Virus record (IMG/VR): IMGVR_UViG_3300031783_000001
Direction: 5' to 3' (one strand)
DNA: 20,000 bases
Origin: an uncultured virus (IMG/VR IMGVR_UViG_3300031783_000001)
Lineage: Duplodnaviria > Heunggongvirae > Uroviricota > Caudoviricetes
Part shown: piece after piece, positions 16,191 through 20,000 of the stretch
How the letters are laid out: each line of letters starts with the position of its first letter
Numbering within the stretch: position 1 is the first letter of the stretch
Program-made: the position numbers and the translations under genes
The notes under the pieces: model-generated
Seen by the model: the letters and a program-made list of their open reading frames with translations, nothing else
Databases searched by the model: none
Told to the model about the DNA's origin: nothing

Positions 16191-16604
16191 ATGGAAAACT
16201 TAGAAGAAGTACTTAAAAGTAGTTCCAGTCAAACTTCTGAACAACAAAAAACTGAGGAAATATTACAAGAACCTACTGCTGGTACACCTGAGGCCCACAA
16301 ATATCGCCTGAAAGATGCCGAACCACTGGCTGGTAATATGATCATAAAAGTCACTAACTTTGACCAACCTAGTACAAGATATTATTATACCCCCTATCCT
16401 GTAGATACAAATGTTTTAATATATGGTGAAGTTGTAGCTGTAGAGCCAGATAACGATTTTCGTATCAAACCGGGTGATCATGTTCTATACAATGGTTCCA
16501 TAGTACATCAATCCATAGAAGACGGCGCTAAGTACGTAGTGGGGTCGGTCAAAAATGTACTGCTGGTGTGGCGCTCCAAAGATAAACGAAGTAATAAAAA
16601 ATAA
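16191..16604 (+). CDS. GroES/Cpn10-like co-chaperonin with ~40-aa N-terminal extension
   Basis: EPLAGNMIIK...GEVVAV...IKPGDHVLY...EDGAKYVV...VLLV matches the GroES pattern (PL.D.V.., GxVVAVG, VKxGDxVL, DGxEYxI, DILA). Confidence 0.75.
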   Translation: MENLEEVLKSSSSQTSEQQKTEEILQEPTAGTPEAHKYRLKDAEPLAGNMIIKVTNFDQPSTRYYYTPYPVDTNVLIYGEVVAVEPDNDFRIKPGDHVLYNGSIVHQSIEDGAKYVVGSVKNVLLVWRSKDKRSNKK

Positions 16605-16663
16605 CAGTTTAACTTTTCGTTTCGTAACATGAGGACTTTGTACATAGTTACATAATAGGAACT

Positions 16664-16882
16664 TTAAGACTCAGTTAATAGGTCTATAACTATTCGTGTT
16701 ATACTTATAATGAAACGAATGAATTCCCAACTGAATATAATGTCAATAGGATTTACTTCTACTTTAGGATTTTCATTTTTACTGTCAGCTTCTTCAATCA
16801 ACTTAGTGACTCTTTGTTCTAAGACGTCTATCCTCTGATTCAAGTCATACAATCGCTTTTTTAGCTTTCTCTCTGACTTCAT
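16664..16882 (-). CDS. small hypothetical protein (72 aa from ATG 16882) with coiled coil and hydrophobic C-terminus
   Basis: The ORF track gives a TTG start at 16912, but the in-frame ATG at 16882 (MKSERKLKKRLYDLNQRIDVLEQRVTKL) is more plausible. Heptad pattern followed by IIFSWEFIRFIISITRIVIDLL. Confidence 0.55.
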   Translation of the reverse strand: MKSERKLKKRLYDLNQRIDVLEQRVTKLIEEADSKNENPKVEVNPIDIIFSWEFIRFIISITRIVIDLLTES

Positions 16883-16975
16883 ACCACCAAAGTTAACCCA
16901 ACCGCCTACCAAACCCTATACTAAAGTTTCATTTATAAGGGCAAGAATGCACACTTAAAAGGACATCGGGCTGGT

Positions 16976-17005
16976 AAAATAAAAACCCTACCCTTTCGGG
17001 TAGGG
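16976..17005 (-). terminator. Rho-independent terminator of the Type ISP gene
   Basis: The minus strand reads CCCTACCC-GAAA-GGGTAGGG-TTTTTATTTT: a perfect 8-bp stem, GNRA loop and U-tract, about 40 nt after the stop at 17044. Confidence 0.92.
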
Positions 17006-17043
17006 CTATGACGCACGCGCACAACCAGCGGATTGTGAGTAGA

Positions 17044-20000
17044 TCAATAGCCGGGGCTATCCAGTTCTACGATAGCCGCCGAATCGTAGAGCGTATTGAG
17101 TTCCTTCTTGATTTTGTCAGCTTCTACGCAGTAGTAGGTCAGCTTCTTCATGATGTCGTACATCTCTCCAATGGTAAGCTCCGGGTCTAAGGTGATACCT
17201 GTCTTATCATCCCGTCTCGGCTGCAACCTATTAGCAACTGTCTTCAAGACAGGAAGCGTGCCTATCCTATGTTCTAATGCTCCCTCAGGGAAGCCGCTGA
17301 TTTTGACAATACCATTGATGATGAAAGACTTGTTCCGGCTATCGTAACGGATGTACTCAATCACCTTATCCATGTCAGCATCCCCTGTGATTTGAAGTGG
17401 ATACTCATGGAGGTTACGCAGGTTTTCGTCTTTCCATATTTTGAGTACCATACCCACCATGTAGTCTTGATAGAGTATTTGCAGCTCAGCAAGCTTCCTG
17501 CCTACCGAAGCAATCTTTTGGAAAGACTCACGGTCAAAGATGGGCACGCGATGATGAGAAGAAATGAGGTTATTACCATACTGCTCAGAATAACGTGGAG
17601 TAGCTATGACACCAGCAATATAATAGAATAAATCTTCATCAGTCAATTTGGGCATGTTGAGAGCTTTGCGCACCTTTTGCAAGAATTCAGCGTTGATGTT
17701 AGGGATGCTAACCTCGTTGTTTGAATTGTCGTTATTGCTATCAAAAATCTCGTTACCTTTGGATTTAATGCGGAGTGGGTAAAGCATGGTATGGCGTCCA
17801 TGTAAGAAAAAATCACATATATATCTTGTAATAAATAAATCGGTCTCAGGATTACCATAAAGCACTGCTACTGCTGGAGAGTCGGTATCAATAATCTCTG
17901 TCTTATAAATCTCCTTTAGAGTAATTTTATGATGGCATATCCACATAGGCACAAAAGGTTTGTAAAAGGATATCTTGGTGTGCTTATATAAATCTTCCAC
18001 ATTAAAGTACCTGCGAACTTTTTTGATTAGACTCGCCTCTAAATAGTCATATACAATATAGTCTTTACCTGTTGTGACTCCATTACTAAAAACATTGAAT
18101 ATAGCTTTACGTAACTCTGGATATTTATGGAAGTTTTGGTCACCTTGATTCAACCAATCATATCTTTTATTTGGGATAATAGGCTGCCATATTACGCTCT
18201 CATTTGTATTTACGACGATGTTTTTCAGTTTGCGAAGTTTTTCTTTTGCCTTCAGACCATTCCCTACTTCAGCATAGTATATCTGAGCTTTTCTGCTTTG
18301 AGTTTTGGAATTCTTAACTAAGAAGATGACACACACACCTAAGCGAGTTTGCGAACCAAAGACATTCTCACCTTCTATTTCTCTAAGTTCATTGCTTTTC
18401 ATCCCGTTATTAATATTGCCTTTCAGATCGTATATGTATATGTAGTCATACTCTTTTTGCAGTGAAGCGCGTATTCCAACACCAATTTTTGAGGTCAAAA
18501 AGCTATTATTGACAACCATAGTCACAATACCTTCTTTCACCTTATCAGTTAGGATTCTAAGAGTTTGAATATAAGGGTCATTATATCTGCTTACGTTCCT
18601 TATGTCTGCACCTAACACCTCTTTAGCATACTTGAAATATGTTTCTTCAATGCGTTTAGCGATATTTGGAGGCATAGAAATAGCAACTTCTTTTTCTTTA
18701 TCTTCTCTAAATCCTCTCCACGGTGGATTGGTGACAACGATGTGAATAGGTTTTTGCTTGTGTTTTTTAGCATGTTCTTTGAGCGGGTTGAGGTCAAGAA
18801 GGCCTGCTTTTTCTTCTGAGAGGAAGTAGAGGCTGTCAGTCCAAAGTGCATCGTCAAAAAGGGGCGGGTCGTCCATTTTGCGCTCCAAGGTGTCCTGAAT
18901 GTTTTTGAGCAGGATGAGGTAGGGGAGTAGTTCGATGTCAGCAGCACGAATCTCTCCACGCTCCACTTTTGCTCTGGCTTCTTCGGGTGTTATCATGTCA
19001 ATGACCGAAGCGATGAATGAGCCAGTACCTGCAAAAGGGTCTACGATGTGCACATCCTCATCACCCAAAGTCCTACCCAAATGTTTCTTGGCTAACTCGT
19101 TAGTCATGTAAACCGCAAAATTCACTACTTCAATTGGTGTGTAGGCGATGCCAGACTCCTTAGCAACATCTTTGAAGACATTGTTGAAGAAATTGGTGAA
19201 CAGCAGCCTAATGAATTCCTGTCGTTCGTCGTTATTGACTATCGCCTTTGCTTTACTAGTAGCTTTTTGGTAGAAGTATTGCAGTCGCTCGCTGTTGTTC
19301 TCTACAAAGTGCTTGAATTCGTCAAATAAGCTGTCCAATACTTTTTCTACTTGCGACTTCTTGTCAAAGAATAGGGCATCCAGAATCGGTTTCGCTATGA
19401 TGTACTGAGTGATGATAGCAACGAGCTTTTTATCGGCTATTGTAAATTCTTCGTAGCCATACATTGCTTTCAACTTTTCGCGCAGCTCTTCAACTTTTGC
19501 TTTTACGGGTGATTGTGGGTTTTGTATTTCTTCTTCTAACAAGCTTTTTACTTCTTTTGCAAGTTTTGTGGCTTCGGATGTCCAATCAGCTATGAACTCG
19601 TGAGCTAAACGGAAGATTTTGACAATCTTGGGGACAATGAAGTTGCGCAGCTCTTGCAGCTCTGGACTGCGACCACCTATTATACCTAACTTAATTTCAT
19701 TTTCCCTACTATCCTCTACTTCTTCGGTTTTGTCCTCTGCTAATGGCTCAAAAGTTTCTTCTGTCTTTTCTTTCTTTGGGTCTATGAAGAGAGCACGCAT
19801 CTTAGCTACCAAGGTTTCGTCCATAGATTGGAGAGCGCTAATCACCTGCCAGATAATCTTGAAGGTACTTTTTTCAATCTTCTCTTTTGTCTCTTCGGAG
19901 TCGTCATTGACCAGAATAGGGAGTATCACGTACCCGCGTTTTTTGCCGGGTGCTTTTCGTACTGCCCGACCAACAGCTTGCACAACATCTACAACACTTG
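17044..20000 (-). CDS. Type ISP (LlaGI/LlaBIII-like) restriction-modification enzyme: end of SF2 helicase, coupler, N6-adenine MTase and TRD; partial, starts beyond the right edge
   Basis: The frame is open past 19983 (SVVDVVQAVGRAVRKAPGKKRGYVILPI = helicase motif VI). Followed by IWQVISALQSMDE, GIAYTPIEVVNF, MTase motif I DPFAGTGSF (~19015-19041), motif IV NPPW (18718-18729), YIYDLKGN, GENVFG, GVTTGKD, YKPF and DLFYYIAGV..P.Y...Y, all typical of the family. Confidence 0.9.
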   Translation of the reverse strand, partial: SVVDVVQAVGRAVRKAPGKKRGYVILPILVNDDSEETKEKIEKSTFKIIWQVISALQSMDETLVAKMRALFIDPKKEKTEETFEPLAEDKTEEVEDSRENEIKLGIIGGRSPELQELRNFIVPKIVKIFRLAHEFIADWTSEATKLAKEVKSLLEEEIQNPQSPVKAKVEELREKLKAMYGYEEFTIADKKLVAIITQYIIAKPILDALFFDKKSQVEKVLDSLFDEFKHFVENNSERLQYFYQKATSKAKAIVNNDERQEFIRLLFTNFFNNVFKDVAKESGIAYTPIEVVNFAVYMTNELAKKHLGRTLGDEDVHIVDPFAGTGSFIASVIDMITPEEARAKVERGEIRAADIELLPYLILLKNIQDTLERKMDDPPLFDDALWTDSLYFLSEEKAGLLDLNPLKEHAKKHKQKPIHIVVTNPPWRGFREDKEKEVAISMPPNIAKRIEETYFKYAKEVLGADIRNVSRYNDPYIQTLRILTDKVKEGIVTMVVNNSFLTSKIGVGIRASLQKEYDYIYIYDLKGNINNGMKSNELREIEGENVFGSQTRLGVCVIFLVKNSKTQSRKAQIYYAEVGNGLKAKEKLRKLKNIVVNTNESVIWQPIIPNKRYDWLNQGDQNFHKYPELRKAIFNVFSNGVTTGKDYIVYDYLEASLIKKVRRYFNVEDLYKHTKISFYKPFVPMWICHHKITLKEIYKTEIIDTDSPAVAVLYGNPETDLFITRYICDFFLHGRHTMLYPLRIKSKGNEIFDSNNDNSNNEVSIPNINAEFLQKVRKALNMPKLTDEDLFYYIAGVIATPRYSEQYGNNLISSHHRVPIFDRESFQKIASVGRKLAELQILYQDYMVGMVLKIWKDENLRNLHEYPLQITGDADMDKVIEYIRYDSRNKSFIINGIVKISGFPEGALEHRIGTLPVLKTVANRLQPRRDDKTGITLDPELTIGEMYDIMKKLTYYCVEADKIKKELNTLYDSAAIVELDSPGY

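Noticed and set aside
16914..16924. TTAGTATAGGG on the minus strand as a sixth copy of the motif
   Set aside because: Only 8/11 match, it lacks the TTT end, and it is not 4 nt from an ATG. It could be a weak variant but is not supportable.
1..20000. Stop-codon reassignment (alternative genetic code) as seen in some large phages
   Set aside because: Standard-code ORFs tile the window densely, and TAA, TAG and TGA all end genes at sensible boundaries.

Overview
AT-rich, gene-dense segment with almost no Shine-Dalgarno sites that reads as part of a large, divergent tailed-phage (probably myovirus/jumbo-type) genome; this assignment is an inference. Left arm (minus strand): a 1974-aa HExxH-metallopeptidase/vWA protein with a Pro-Gly tandem-repeat linker, two small hypothetical genes and the 5' part of a DnaE-type DNA polymerase III alpha gene, which the ORF track missed. 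Middle: divergent putative virion genes (a 988-aa protein ending in a tail-tube-like domain, a neck-like protein, a hub/chaperone-like protein), then a RecJ-like DHH exonuclease and a lone GroES-like co-chaperonin. Right end (minus strand): the 3' part of a Type ISP restriction-modification helicase-methyltransferase gene with its own intrinsic terminator and a mosaic base composition. The strongest unexplained signal is an 11-bp motif, TTAG(T/A)ATATTT, found exactly 4 nt upstream of the ATG of five genes. Four copies form back-to-back pairs in 33-35 bp divergent intergenic gaps, suggesting a compact promoter that drives leaderless mRNAs.
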